Source: Bacteroidales bacterium (GTDB taxonomy: Bacteria > Bacteroidota > Bacteroidia > Bacteroidales > UBA932). From it: a stretch of DNA of 64,000 nt. The position numbers were made by a program, and so were the translations under genes. Location of the stretch: NCBI GenBank assembly GCA_024401855.1, contig JAKSKH010000002.1, positions 31,589 through 95,588 of the forward strand. The letters run 5' to 3'. Below the pieces are notes generated by a model. That model saw only the letters and a program-made list of their open reading frames with translations, made no database searches and was not told the DNA's origin. Below, piece by piece: positions 47,280 to 58,551 of the stretch. The stretch's first letter is position 1. Every line of letters starts with the position of its first letter.

Positions 47280-48515
47280 ATGAGGATACTTTTGTTTTCA
47301 TATATTTCATTTGATTCATCCGAGTATGCCGGAGGAAACTGGATCAAGTCGTTGCTTTCATCTTTATCAAAGGATAATTCTGTGGGTGTGGTATATCTCT
47401 CTCATGAATCTTCAAGTAAGTGGTTTATGGATAATGTTTGTTTTTATCCCATACTCCGCAGAGAATCCATTTTAGTTAAATTCTTTGGACGTTACTTTAT
47501 ACGTCGTGAAGATGTGATTGCAAGAAAGCAGGTTGATGCCATTATAGAAAATTTCAAGCCGGATATTATCCAATTATTTGGTCTGGAAACTTTTTGGGGG
47601 AGTATTGTAAGCCATGTAAAGAAAATACCTGTTGCAGTGCATATTCAGGGGATAGCCAAAGCTTGTCATGACGCCTGGTTTCCCAATAGATATACTCGCT
47701 CAAGTATTTTGAAGTACAGTTCTTTAAAAGAGATTCTTTTGCGACAGACACCGTTTGACAATTACTGCCGATTTGGAAAGAAGGTTGAAGCTGAAGCTGA
47801 AAATTATTTATTATACCGTTATTTTATGGGTAGAACAGAATGGGATAAGGAATGGTGCAAAAGACTAAATCCTGATTCTGTATATTTTCATTGCGATGAA
47901 CTGATCAGGGAAGATTTTTACACCAGAAGGTGGAAATACTCATCCGGAAAAGTTTTAATTTCAAGCATTGCAAATGGAGAAATATATAAGGGATTTGACA
48001 CAATCCTGAAAACGGCCCATGTTCTTAAACTGTCAAATCTTGATTTTGAATGGAATGTATATGGCGTGAACGAGGATTTTAGTGCCAGGAAAATCTTTGA
48101 AAAAACCGAACGTATTTTATTTTCTGACTGCAATGTTTTTTTTCGTGGCAAAAAAGTCGCTTCTGAATTGGCCGATGCATTGGAACAAAGTACTTTCTAT
48201 ATTCATTGCTCTCATGTTGATAACAGTCCCAACTCTTTATGTGAAGCGATGCTTGTAGGTGTACCTTGTATTTCTTCAAATGTTGGAGGAATCCCATCAT
48301 TGATTACAGACGGAAAAGATGGTGTGTTGTGCCCTGATAATGATGTTAATGCTTTTGCACATGCAATCATGGCTTTGCATAATGATGAGGCCAAAATGAT
48401 GTCTCTGTCCGAAGCAGCTCATAATACGGCATCGTTAAGGCATGATAGTTCGTCTGTCATTAGCTCATTATACAAAATATATAGTTCAATCATTGAGTTA
48501 GCAGATTACAAATAA
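47280..48515 (+). CDS. Glycosyltransferase family 4
   Basis: YKGFD, DNSPNSLCEAM..G.P.ISSNVGGI. Confidence 0.9.
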   Translation: MRILLFSYISFDSSEYAGGNWIKSLLSSLSKDNSVGVVYLSHESSSKWFMDNVCFYPILRRESILVKFFGRYFIRREDVIARKQVDAIIENFKPDIIQLFGLETFWGSIVSHVKKIPVAVHIQGIAKACHDAWFPNRYTRSSILKYSSLKEILLRQTPFDNYCRFGKKVEAEAENYLLYRYFMGRTEWDKEWCKRLNPDSVYFHCDELIREDFYTRRWKYSSGKVLISSIANGEIYKGFDTILKTAHVLKLSNLDFEWNVYGVNEDFSARKIFEKTERILFSDCNVFFRGKKVASELADALEQSTFYIHCSHVDNSPNSLCEAMLVGVPCISSNVGGIPSLITDGKDGVLCPDNDVNAFAHAIMALHNDEAKMMSLSEAAHNTASLRHDSSSVISSLYKIYSSIIELADYK

Positions 48516-49684
48516 TGACCCTGAAAAAAATAAGAGGCACTCTTATATTTGTTTTGTCAGTACTTTCGGTACTGGCTTTTGACCCTTACATTTTTTATAC
48601 TTTCCTTTCTTCATGGATTTATAAAATTATTTATCTGCTGTCATTTGCCATCGTCATTTTTTTTCTTTTGTGGCATCGCAATATCAAATTGCCACCATTA
48701 AAATTTTGTCTGGTTATAGGTATTCAGTTTGTTGCTTGGACAATTTATTCGGCGGTTCATTTAGATACTGCGTATTGGTCCAGATGTTTTTATCTTGCAT
48801 TTACCTTTCTTGTTTTCTTAGCTCTTTATAATTTTTCAGATATTCATTCTTTTGTCAAAGTTAACGTCATTCTCGTCACTATTCAGGCGGCTATGGCCGC
48901 TATTGCTTTTTTCCTTGTTCTTTCCGGAATCCTCGAGCCCTTATTTGAATACTCAAACCTTGATGGACGTACCGGCTATTGTTATGGCCTTACTTGTTCA
49001 AACTTTGTTTTAGGCAATATTATTCGGGCTGCCGGGTATTTCGATGAACCCGGAGCCTTAGCCTTTTGGGGAGTATACTCATTGATCATCAATAAAATGT
49101 TCATTAAAAACAGAGTAATTGAAATAACACTGATTATCGGTTTGATATTCACTTTATCAATGGCCTATTTCATACAATTAGCCCTGTATCTTCTGTTTTT
49201 CTATTCAAAAAAACCCCAGGTTATTATTCCTATCTGTTTGTTGCTCGTTACAGGGGGTATTATTGTCGCCGGGCAAGGTCGGGACTCTGAGATTTATACT
49301 CTTACCATTCGTAGATTTGAACGTGGCTCTTCAGGTAAAATTGAATCTTCGCGTGATGATTTGACACATATGGCTAAGGAACAGTTTAAAGTTCATCCTA
49401 TTCTTGGAACTGGAGTAAAAGAAATGGAAAAACTTCCATATATGGCAGATAATCCTTTTGAGACTCTTGCTACGGATGGCATTGTAGGAACATTTATCAT
49501 ATATCTGCCTTTGCTGTTCGTTCTTGCAGACAAGAAAAGCTTTTCTAAAGAAATGTTTATTTCCGTCATGATTCTGATGGCCGGTTATCTGCAAAGGCCA
49601 TTCCATGTCCGGTTAATTCATTATATATTTTTATTTTCTTTTTGTTATCTGGCTTTATCTCAGAAGAATAAACAATCATCATAA
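48515..49684 (+). CDS. wzy: Probable polysaccharide polymerase
   Basis: Multi-TM; RAAGYFDEPG and PILGTG motifs; locus context. Confidence 0.72.
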   Translation: MTLKKIRGTLIFVLSVLSVLAFDPYIFYTFLSSWIYKIIYLLSFAIVIFFLLWHRNIKLPPLKFCLVIGIQFVAWTIYSAVHLDTAYWSRCFYLAFTFLVFLALYNFSDIHSFVKVNVILVTIQAAMAAIAFFLVLSGILEPLFEYSNLDGRTGYCYGLTCSNFVLGNIIRAAGYFDEPGALAFWGVYSLIINKMFIKNRVIEITLIIGLIFTLSMAYFIQLALYLLFFYSKKPQVIIPICLLLVTGGIIVAGQGRDSEIYTLTIRRFERGSSGKIESSRDDLTHMAKEQFKVHPILGTGVKEMEKLPYMADNPFETLATDGIVGTFIIYLPLLFVLADKKSFSKEMFISVMILMAGYLQRPFHVRLIHYIFLFSFCYLALSQKNKQSS

Positions 49685-49697
49685 ATATCATCGGAAA

Positions 49698-50597
49698 ATG
49701 TTGAAAATAGCAGTAATTATTACGTGTCACAATAGAAAGCACTATACTCTTGATTGCCTGGCACATTTGTTCAAAGCGCGCGAAGAGTATAATGTCGCTG
49801 ATCAAAAAATGAAGTTGTTCATTTTCCTTACTGATGACGGATGTACAGATGGCACATCAACTGCCGTGAATAGAACATTTCTCAATGAAAGTATCGAGAT
49901 TCTTAACGGTAATGGAAATTTATATTGGGCGGGGGGAATGCGCATGGCTTGGAGTTATGCTTTGAACACCTCTATGTGTTTTGATTATTTCCTTCTTTTG
50001 AATGATGATACTATGATGGAACATAATGCTTTTGAAGAACTGTTCCGTACTCAGGAATATTGTATTCGAGAATACGGTAAATCAGGAATTATCACAGGTC
50101 TTATTGCTGCCAACGATGATCGTAATGTTATTACGTATGGAGGCAAATTATTTGACAGCCGTTTTAAAGGGACAGATTTTGGGGTGGGAGAATCTTCTGT
50201 TCCACAATTATGTGATATGGCTAATTCAAATATAATGCTTGTTCCTGCTGAAGTCGTGAGTAAAATTGGTATTTTTTATAGTGGGTACGTGCACGCTGCC
50301 GCCGATTATGATTATTCCATCAGGGCAAGGCGAAAGAGGATACCTGTTCTGGCTACATGTAAAATTTGCGGAAGATGTGACTATGATCATCCGGATGAGA
50401 TATCAAAAGCTAATACAGTCATATCTATGACCCTTTCAGAAAGAAAGAATTATTTTAAAAATCCTGTTCATTTAAGGGTGGATTATTTGACGTATATTAG
50501 AAGGACGGCCGTTTTAAGGTATCCGGGTGCTGTTATTCTGAATTATTTGAATATATATTTCCCAAAGTGCTATTATATCTTAAAAGGTATCATTTGA
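49698..50597 (+). CDS. Glycosyltransferase family 2
   Basis: IITCHNRK, DDGCTDG, GNLYWAGGM, LLNDD, ADYDY. Confidence 0.9.
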   Translation: MLKIAVIITCHNRKHYTLDCLAHLFKAREEYNVADQKMKLFIFLTDDGCTDGTSTAVNRTFLNESIEILNGNGNLYWAGGMRMAWSYALNTSMCFDYFLLLNDDTMMEHNAFEELFRTQEYCIREYGKSGIITGLIAANDDRNVITYGGKLFDSRFKGTDFGVGESSVPQLCDMANSNIMLVPAEVVSKIGIFYSGYVHAAADYDYSIRARRKRIPVLATCKICGRCDYDHPDEISKANTVISMTLSERKNYFKNPVHLRVDYLTYIRRTAVLRYPGAVILNYLNIYFPKCYYILKGII

Positions 50598-50728
50598 CCA
50601 CAGTATAGTCTTTCATGTAAACCTTTCCAGTATGCAGAATGAAAAATCAGGCGAAATGTTAACACAATATGCGTTACGAAAGGCAGGAGAGGACTAAGAA
50701 ACGAAAACACCAAACGACAGTCACTGAA

Positions 50729-51745
50729 TTAATCCACGAACGCTTTAATTATATTATCTTCTCTTTCTTCAAAATTCATTTTAGAAATATATTTGCGCAT
50801 TCCGTTATACCTGTTGAGGTCACATATTTCCTTCAATTTCATTTCAAAACTCTCAATATCATTAGACTGGAAAATTACCCCGGTTTTATCTGGAATTGCA
50901 AGGTCATCTGCGGCACCAACCATATGGCTTAGCATTACTGGTGTGCCATTATTAAGTGCTTCTTCTACTACCAGCCCCCAAGTTTCGGATACAGATGGCA
51001 ATATAAACACATCTGCATATTGATAATATTCAGCCAAATCCTCGTTATTAATTGCTCCTACCATATTGATATTCGGAGAACAGATATGCGATTTAAGTTG
51101 ACCTTCAAGTTCACCAAAGCCAACTATTGTCAGGTTGAGTTCCGGATGTTCAGTAAAACGATCAATCAACCACATCAGATTCTTTTGCCATATTAAACGA
51201 CCAACAAATAGAAAATTCCGGACTATTGTTCTTGGTGCATATGCGGGTTGACTTACTAAATTAATAAGTCCTACACTGTGCCAGTACTTACATTCTCCCT
51301 TGAATCCAAACATACGTGTCAACTTTTCATGTGGCGATCCACAAACATATACCCGATGGAGTCTTGAGAAAAAGAACTTTTTCATAATAACGGCGGCACC
51401 CTTAATCTTAGTTTCTCGGAAGGTTGATTCCAACAGCATTGCATTCCTTTTTTTTGAAGAGAATAAAATCGGCATCCAGGATGCCAATGATACATAGCCG
51501 CCAACAATAATTTCGTCAAAACCACCACTGATCATGCTCTTAATGATTTGGTAACATTGGGAACACTTACTGCCTGATAGCTGGATGTAAGGATAATTTC
51601 TCTGCCCTTTTAAGAAATCATCATTGCGAGAAGTGGCATCGTACCCTGTAGTATATATCACTAAAAGATTGATTTTTTTTGATAATTCGTTAAGTAATTT
51701 TGTTTTATAAAAACCTGGAGATAAATCTATAAATAGTTTTTTCAT
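50729..51745 (-). CDS. Glycosyltransferase family 4, inverted relative to the locus
   Basis: FVGRL...KN, DVFILPS..ETWGLVVEEAL..G.P. Confidence 0.9.
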   Translation of the reverse strand: MKKLFIDLSPGFYKTKLLNELSKKINLLVIYTTGYDATSRNDDFLKGQRNYPYIQLSGSKCSQCYQIIKSMISGGFDEIIVGGYVSLASWMPILFSSKKRNAMLLESTFRETKIKGAAVIMKKFFFSRLHRVYVCGSPHEKLTRMFGFKGECKYWHSVGLINLVSQPAYAPRTIVRNFLFVGRLIWQKNLMWLIDRFTEHPELNLTIVGFGELEGQLKSHICSPNINMVGAINNEDLAEYYQYADVFILPSVSETWGLVVEEALNNGTPVMLSHMVGAADDLAIPDKTGVIFQSNDIESFEMKLKEICDLNRYNGMRKYISKMNFEEREDNIIKAFVD

Positions 51746-52554
51746 ACTATGAGCGGTTTTTTTGTTTCACATACTTTTGATACATTATCATTTTTGTCCA
51801 TTTATGGATACACAAAACAGGTTTTGAATTCCATATACTGCCCGGTCCTGCGATTCTAGTAATTAACAACTACTCCTTTTTCAATATCCATGATGAGACG
51901 TAATTCAATATTGTCAAATGGTAATGGATATTTGCTATGTTTAAGTTTCGCAAGTAAATATAAAAACGGGTCCAAGATTTAAAATATTAGGTTATTCTAT
52001 TGATTTTCAGTATATCGAGAGCGACTAAACAAAAATCTACAACTAACATGAACAAAGATAGGCAAATAGTTTCGGAGTTGCATAATGTTTTCACAGAAAG
52101 TGGCTGTATGCTTAGTTAATAGAGGATAATAAACGTTCTGTCGTATTCTTGCCAATGATAGGATTGCCTGGCGTCCCATACGTCTGGATTAAACTTGACG
52201 GTTGCATCGGAAGATTTATCTGAAACATATGTGGCCCCGCTTTAATTATCAATTGACAGAGCTTTCTTCAAAAAAAAGAAATCTCCACTTTCGTCATAAA
52301 ACGCTACATTCTTTTTTAACGGATATGTTTATCAGAAGATTAATTATGGACTGTTTAGAAAATTTTTATATCTTTGATATAGTTTAAAATCTGGTAGAAA
52401 TACTGGAATGATATATATAGTGTTTTATGTGTCCGAAGCAGAAAGAGGGAGAGATTGGTTGTTGTTTCGCTCAGACTGAAAACATAAACGATAATCCATA
52501 ATGTAGGAGATACACATCTCAATATATGTTTTTAACGAAAATATTTGGCGATAG

Positions 52555-53259
52555 ATGCTTTTATGTATGAATACTATAAAGACGACCACGGGGGAAATAA
52601 TTAAAATCTCTAATCATCCTGTTTATTCCGGAATAAAACCAATTGATAAAAATCAGGCTTCCGAAAACATTGCAATCATGAAAGATGTTTTGGAGAAAAA
52701 TGGCGTTTTATATTTTTTGAGTTATGGAACATTGCTAGGAGCTGTAAGGGAGCATGACTTTATAAGTCATGATGAAGATATAGATATAGTCATAAAGGAT
52801 GAATTTAGACAGGCATTCATTGACATTCTACCTCAATTCGGCGATAATGGTTTTTATGTTGTAAGATATGATGCTCGAGGTCTCCTGTCACTGATGAGAA
52901 ATAACGAGTATATCGATTTTTATTTCTTCAAGAAGTATGAATCCGGACTTCGTTATTGTTGTGGATATTTAATCCCGGAAGATTTCATGCAGGAAGGGAT
53001 GTGTGTTGAACTTTTAGGAGATACGTATCCCGTTCACAGCAGGTATGAAGATTTCCTGCGTTTTCAATATGGCGACGACTGGAGAACTCCAGTAAAATAT
53101 TTCGACTTCAATAAGTCCGGGTTTTCTATACTGGTTGCCAAACTGAAGTTTCTTGTCAAATCATTTATTCCCCTGCCCCTTCTTGCATTCATTATTTCCA
53201 AAAAGGAAAGAAGGATTCTTGAAGAAAATATACAGATGCTTGAAAAATATCGTAAATAA
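52555..53259 (+). CDS. LicD-family phosphotransferase
   Basis: GTLLGAVREHDFI.HDEDID, YG.DW.TP. Confidence 0.9.
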   Translation: MLLCMNTIKTTTGEIIKISNHPVYSGIKPIDKNQASENIAIMKDVLEKNGVLYFLSYGTLLGAVREHDFISHDEDIDIVIKDEFRQAFIDILPQFGDNGFYVVRYDARGLLSLMRNNEYIDFYFFKKYESGLRYCCGYLIPEDFMQEGMCVELLGDTYPVHSRYEDFLRFQYGDDWRTPVKYFDFNKSGFSILVAKLKFLVKSFIPLPLLAFIISKKERRILEENIQMLEKYRK

Positions 53260-53266
53260 GGAATTT

Positions 53267-54022
53267 ATGAAAATATCTGTAATAGTGGCCACCTACAATA
53301 GCAATTCTACGATTTCGAATACTCTTGACAGTATTTTATCACAGACATATAGTGATTATGAGGTTGTAGTAAAAGATGGCGGATCAACTGACGGTACTAT
53401 TGATACATTAAGGTACTACTCAAATAAATTTGAAGGTAAATTAAAGCTTCTTTGTTGTAAGGATTCTGGTATCTATGATGCTATGAATCAAGCTATTTCC
53501 GCATCTAACGGAGATGTTATAGGATTTCTGAATTCTGACGACTTCTTCACATCCTGCAGAGTTTTATCCACTATTGCACAGAAATTCTCCTCAAATGATA
53601 AACTGGATGCTGTGTATGCTGATGTTCATTATGTGGATTCAAGGGACTTGACCAGAGTCGTCCGCTATTATTCCTCAAGACTCTTTACTCCGGAAAAAAT
53701 AAGAGCGGGGTATATGCCTGCACATCCGACTTTTTATGCAAAAAAATCCTGTTATGAGAAATTTGGCGTGTTTGATCCTTCATATAAAGTTGCCGGTGAT
53801 TTTGATATCATTTCAAGATTTATTTACATAAACGGCATTAAAACAGAATACATCCCGGAAGATTTCGTTACAATGAGAACAGGTGGAGTTTCTTCGTCAG
53901 GATTTAAAAGTTATCTTACAATAGTTAGAGAGCATAGCGCTTCCATGAAAAAAAATGGTATCAGAATGTTCTATTGGGGTTATATTTGCCGTTATATTAA
54001 AAAAATCGCGGAATTTAAATAA
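53267..54022 (+). CDS. Glycosyltransferase family 2 (WcaE-like)
   Basis: KISVIVATYN, DGGSTDG, D.GIYDAMN, FLNSDD, P.HP, MRTGGVS. Confidence 0.9.
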   Translation: MKISVIVATYNSNSTISNTLDSILSQTYSDYEVVVKDGGSTDGTIDTLRYYSNKFEGKLKLLCCKDSGIYDAMNQAISASNGDVIGFLNSDDFFTSCRVLSTIAQKFSSNDKLDAVYADVHYVDSRDLTRVVRYYSSRLFTPEKIRAGYMPAHPTFYAKKSCYEKFGVFDPSYKVAGDFDIISRFIYINGIKTEYIPEDFVTMRTGGVSSSGFKSYLTIVREHSASMKKNGIRMFYWGYICRYIKKIAEFK

Positions 54023-54823
54023 ATGAATCGTAAAATATATTCTTGCCTTTTGTCTGTTTTTACTTTATGTCAGTTTGCCAATGCACAGTTTACAGATTGT
54101 TCCACAGGTCTTATGCTTTGTCCATCGGCCGATATGCAGAAAGACGGAACTTTCATGATTACCAATAACTGGCTTAATAAGAATTGCCTGCCCCCTGGAA
54201 AACCTAGTGGGCTTGGTTGGGGGTATGATACTTTCTCATATGGTTTCAGCATAACATTTCTATCCAGAGTTGAAATTGAATATATAGGTACGATATTCGA
54301 CGGAAAGAAAGTTCCCAGTAAGGAAGCTGATGATTATTGGAAGATTATGTTTAATCAGGATCGTCATTTTTCTGTCAAGTTCCTGGTTTTGAAAGAAGGA
54401 AAATTGCGAAGTTGGGTCCCTTCCCTTGCCATAGGTATTTGTGACCCTGTAACCGGAGCCGGAACCGGAGATTATATAGGTTCGGATGTTTCGTATGGTA
54501 ACGGGTACTTTAACAGATTTTATGTTGTGGCGACAAAACATTTTTCCACTTCATTTGGAGAGCTGGGTGTTCATGCGGGGTATCAATACAGTCTTCGCAA
54601 CGACTATAAAATCAATGCTCCCTGTGTGGGAGTGAACTGGAAACCTGTATGGTTGGAAAACAGATATTTCTTCCCGAATTTTATTTTGGAATTTGATTCA
54701 AGAACATGCAATTTCGGCTTTGTTTCTTCAATATGGGATGATAGATTTGAAGTCATGTTTTTATTGCAAAATATGCAGTGGATCTCTGCCGGATTACGTT
54801 TCAAGGTATGTTTGTCTAAATAA
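54023..54823 (+). CDS. YjbH-like outer-membrane protein
   Basis: TGL...PSADM..DG, NQDR...K, PSLAIG..DP; beta-strand-rich; polysaccharide context. Confidence 0.65.
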   Translation: MNRKIYSCLLSVFTLCQFANAQFTDCSTGLMLCPSADMQKDGTFMITNNWLNKNCLPPGKPSGLGWGYDTFSYGFSITFLSRVEIEYIGTIFDGKKVPSKEADDYWKIMFNQDRHFSVKFLVLKEGKLRSWVPSLAIGICDPVTGAGTGDYIGSDVSYGNGYFNRFYVVATKHFSTSFGELGVHAGYQYSLRNDYKINAPCVGVNWKPVWLENRYFFPNFILEFDSRTCNFGFVSSIWDDRFEVMFLLQNMQWISAGLRFKVCLSK

Positions 54824-54855
54824 AAATTAATTATATTTGTAAATAAAAATAGTAT

Positions 54856-56034
54856 ATGGAAAAAATAGAGATGTGGATGATAGTTTTCTTATGCATTTTT
54901 GCGTTTCTCGTTTCATTTCTTTTATTTCCATTGGTGATACGCTATGCAAGGGCGCACAATATTTATGACAATCCCAATGTCCGGAAACTTCAAAGAGAGC
55001 CGGTCCCTGTCATGGGGGGTGTGGCTGTATATTTCGGCATAATATCTGCATCTATTGTTGGCGTTTTTCTTTTCCGATACCATATCTTGGGATATGTGCT
55101 TTTGGCAATGTCAATAATGATGATTGTGGGATTGGTTGATGATGTCAAGGATGTTCCCGCTAATCTGCGTTTTATTCTGGAATTGGTTATTGTCTGGCTC
55201 ATGATGATATTGAGCGATAACTATATTGATGATTTTCATGGAGTATGGAATATTGGGAGGGTGTCATTTTGGTGGGGTATGCCCTTGAGCATTATTTCAG
55301 GCGTTGGAATTATAAACTCAATCAATTTGATGGATGGTGTTGATGGTTATTCATCTGCTTTTGGCATTATTGCATGTTCTATTCTTTCCATCCCTCTGTT
55401 TGTCGTTGGGGAAATTCCCATGGCAAGTTTTTCTTTAATCTGTTCTCTGGCCTTATTGCCGTTTTTTATGCACAATGTTTTCGGAAAGACATCCAAGATG
55501 TTCATTGGTGATTCCGGGACTTTGATGATAGGGACGGCCCTTACTGCTGTAATATTCAGGATACTTTCCTCAAACTCCCCGTGCAGTATTCTTGAGTATT
55601 CCCACAATCTTTGCCTGTTCGCTTTCACTTTAAGTGTGATGAGTGTTCCTGTTTTTGATACGTTAAGAGTCATGTTTGCACGAATTATCAATAATAAATC
55701 TCCGTTTGAACCTGACAAGACCCATTTGCATCATTTATTCATTGAGATGGGTTTCTCTCATATTGGAACTACATTTACGATATTGTCTGCAAATCTTTTC
55801 GTCGTATTCTGCTGGTGGTTGAGCTGGAAATTAAATGCTTCAATTTCTGTTCAATTATATGTTGTATTATTGATGGGATTGTTTTTTACTTGCGGGTTTT
55901 ATTATTTTATGAAATATCAGCAGAAAAAAGATTCTGCCATTTACAGATTTGCCTGTCACTTGGGAACCTTATCCCATTTTGAGCGTGGCCGCATTTGGAA
56001 ATGGATGACATCAACAATTGATAAATTGGGATAA
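54856..56034 (+). CDS. MraY/WecA-family undecaprenyl-phosphate HexNAc-1-phosphate transferase
   Basis: P.MGG, GLVDD, NSINLMDGVDG, FIGDSG, PDKTHLHH. Confidence 0.92.
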   Translation: MEKIEMWMIVFLCIFAFLVSFLLFPLVIRYARAHNIYDNPNVRKLQREPVPVMGGVAVYFGIISASIVGVFLFRYHILGYVLLAMSIMMIVGLVDDVKDVPANLRFILELVIVWLMMILSDNYIDDFHGVWNIGRVSFWWGMPLSIISGVGIINSINLMDGVDGYSSAFGIIACSILSIPLFVVGEIPMASFSLICSLALLPFFMHNVFGKTSKMFIGDSGTLMIGTALTAVIFRILSSNSPCSILEYSHNLCLFAFTLSVMSVPVFDTLRVMFARIINNKSPFEPDKTHLHHLFIEMGFSHIGTTFTILSANLFVVFCWWLSWKLNASISVQLYVVLLMGLFFTCGFYYFMKYQQKKDSAIYRFACHLGTLSHFERGRIWKWMTSTIDKLG

Positions 56035-58548
56035 ATGAATATCTGGAATATGCGTAAAACGTTATTGTTTTTTTTGTTCTTTTCTTTCTTTTTCTCTTGG
56101 CCGGTTTTGGGCCAAATGACAGATGAACAGGTTATAGAATATGTTAAAGGGGCGAATGCATCCGGTAAGAGCGAAACTGAGATTTCACGTGAGCTGCTTT
56201 CCAAAGGTGTAACTGTCGATCAGGTAAACAGATTGAAAAAGAAATATTCTGAAAATAATGAAAATTTAAAATCCGAAGATAAATTCGTATCCAAACAAAG
56301 GAGACAGCCCAACAGATATTCAAATTCACATTCTGTTACCGATACTGTTGGAATGAAGCAGAATGAAAGGCAGATTAAAGGGCAGCCTCTTGAAGACCAG
56401 CCTTATAATCCGGATTATTTTTATCCTGAACAAAATTATTCGGAGATATATGGACATGATATCTTTTTTAGAAAAGATGAAGTTGTATCATTTGAGCCTA
56501 ATGAAAATGTCGCAACACCCGTCAATTATAAATTAGGTTCAGGGGATGAGGTCGTAATTGAAATTTGGGGAAGCAGTGAAGCAACCATAAGAGAAACTAT
56601 TACCCCGGAGGGAAAAATAAACATCTCTCAAGTTGGTCCGATATATCTTTCAGGTCTGTCAATTAAAGATGCAGAGGCAAAAGTCAAGCGAGTCCTTGCA
56701 ACAAAATATTCAAGTCTTGACAATTTGAATTCCAGCAACGTCAGTGTCTCACTGGGAGCAATAAGAACCGTTCTGGTTAATGTTATGGGTGATGTCAATT
56801 ATCCGGGTTCATATAGATTGTCTTCATTCAGTACTGTTTTTTCTGCTTTATATAATGCCGGCGGTGTTACTGAAATCGGATCATTGCGTGCAGTACAACT
56901 TGTTCGAGGAGGGGAAAAAGTGGCGACTGTGGATATTTATGAATATATTATTGAAGGAAAGTCTTCTTCTGACATGTTTCTTCAAGATGGTGATGTGATT
57001 ATTGTACCTTCCTATATCAATGTTGTTGAAGTTAAAGGTGGGGTAAAACGTCCTATGAAATATGAAATGGCTGATGGCGAGACTGTTTCAGATTTAATTA
57101 GATATGCAGGCGGTATGTCAGGACGTGCATTTAAGGATAATGTTAGTGTTCTGCGCCTTTCATCTGATAGTCGGAATATCTTGACTGCGTCAAAGTCCGA
57201 TGGGTATAATGTTCCTCTTGAAGATGGAGATGTTGTGACAGTCGGTGTCAACGACCAGCATTTCGATAACCGTTTGGAAATACAAGGATATGTCGTCAAC
57301 CCTGGAGAGTATCAATACGGCGATGGTATTTCCACTGTAAAGGAATTAGTTTACGCTGCAGGTGGTCTCAAGGCCGATGCATTTATGAATAGGGCTGTTC
57401 TGCATCGTGAGAATCGGGATAAGTCTTTCGAAACATTATCTGTCAATATCGGGGGGATAATGGACGGCACTTGTCCGGATATCAAGTTGAGGAAGGGTGA
57501 TATTCTCACTGTGTCCGGAATCTTTGAGATAAGCGACAGGGGTATCCTGACAATTAATGGAATGGTTGCAAATCCCGGGATTTTCGATTTCTCGGAAAAT
57601 ACTACTATCGAAGATCTTATAATGATGGCCGGAGGATTGAAAGATGGTGCATCCATGTCCAAGGTTGATGTGTCGCGAAGGGTAATGGATTCTCATTCGA
57701 CGCAATCAAGGGATACGGTCGGTCTTTCATACTCATTCTCAATTAAGGATGGTCTTGTCGTTGATGGTGGCGACAGCTTCTATCTCCAGCCATATGATGT
57801 TGTTTCCGTAAGGAGCAATCCTACTTTCCACCCCCAGAAGTTTGTTAAAATTCAGGGTGAAGTCACATTCCCCGGAGACTACGTCCTCCAATATAAGGGA
57901 GAGCGGGTATCAAGTCTCATAAAAAGAGCGGGAGGCTTGAACAGCATTGCATATTTGAGAGGTGCAAAATTGACCAGAAAGATGTCTGAGGAAGAAATTT
58001 ATGTAGCCAAAGAGTATAAACGTCAGGAATATCGTCATCTCCAGAAACAGAAGGAGAAAACTCTTGGTACCCAGGCAATGGAAAATGATCTTGATACTCT
58101 GGATATGAATGATATTGTGATACCTGATACATATGTCGTTGCAGTTGATTTTGAAAAAGCACTCGCGAATCCAGGCTCTATTTCAGATTTGACGCTTCGT
58201 GAAAATGACGTGATTTCAATCCCTTATGATACAGGAACTGTAAGCATTAAAGGTGAAGTATTGTATCCTAACACTGTTGTGTTCGTCAAAGGTAAACCTC
58301 TTAAATATTATATAAATCAATCAGGAGGTTTCAATAATGAAGCCAAGTCATCCAAGGTTTATGTCATTTATATGAACGGTTCCGTCAATGAGGGGCTGGG
58401 TTCTTCAATCGAACCCGGATGTGAAATAATTGTTCCCAAAAAGCGTGAAACAAAACCGCTAAGCGCTACGGAGATTATGAGTCTTGGTACATCCACGGCT
58501 TCTTTATCTACAATGGTGGTATCGCTTGTGAATATGTTAAAGAAATAG
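56035..58548 (+). CDS. Polysaccharide export protein with multiple SLBB domains (Wza/KpsD-like)
   Basis: Y.LG.GDE, repeated G.V..PG and AGG units, PG..I.VP.K C-terminus. Confidence 0.9.
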   Translation: MNIWNMRKTLLFFLFFSFFFSWPVLGQMTDEQVIEYVKGANASGKSETEISRELLSKGVTVDQVNRLKKKYSENNENLKSEDKFVSKQRRQPNRYSNSHSVTDTVGMKQNERQIKGQPLEDQPYNPDYFYPEQNYSEIYGHDIFFRKDEVVSFEPNENVATPVNYKLGSGDEVVIEIWGSSEATIRETITPEGKINISQVGPIYLSGLSIKDAEAKVKRVLATKYSSLDNLNSSNVSVSLGAIRTVLVNVMGDVNYPGSYRLSSFSTVFSALYNAGGVTEIGSLRAVQLVRGGEKVATVDIYEYIIEGKSSSDMFLQDGDVIIVPSYINVVEVKGGVKRPMKYEMADGETVSDLIRYAGGMSGRAFKDNVSVLRLSSDSRNILTASKSDGYNVPLEDGDVVTVGVNDQHFDNRLEIQGYVVNPGEYQYGDGISTVKELVYAAGGLKADAFMNRAVLHRENRDKSFETLSVNIGGIMDGTCPDIKLRKGDILTVSGIFEISDRGILTINGMVANPGIFDFSENTTIEDLIMMAGGLKDGASMSKVDVSRRVMDSHSTQSRDTVGLSYSFSIKDGLVVDGGDSFYLQPYDVVSVRSNPTFHPQKFVKIQGEVTFPGDYVLQYKGERVSSLIKRAGGLNSIAYLRGAKLTRKMSEEEIYVAKEYKRQEYRHLQKQKEKTLGTQAMENDLDTLDMNDIVIPDTYVVAVDFEKALANPGSISDLTLRENDVISIPYDTGTVSIKGEVLYPNTVVFVKGKPLKYYINQSGGFNNEAKSSKVYVIYMNGSVNEGLGSSIEPGCEIIVPKKRETKPLSATEIMSLGTSTASLSTMVVSLVNMLKK

Positions 58549-58551
58549 TTT

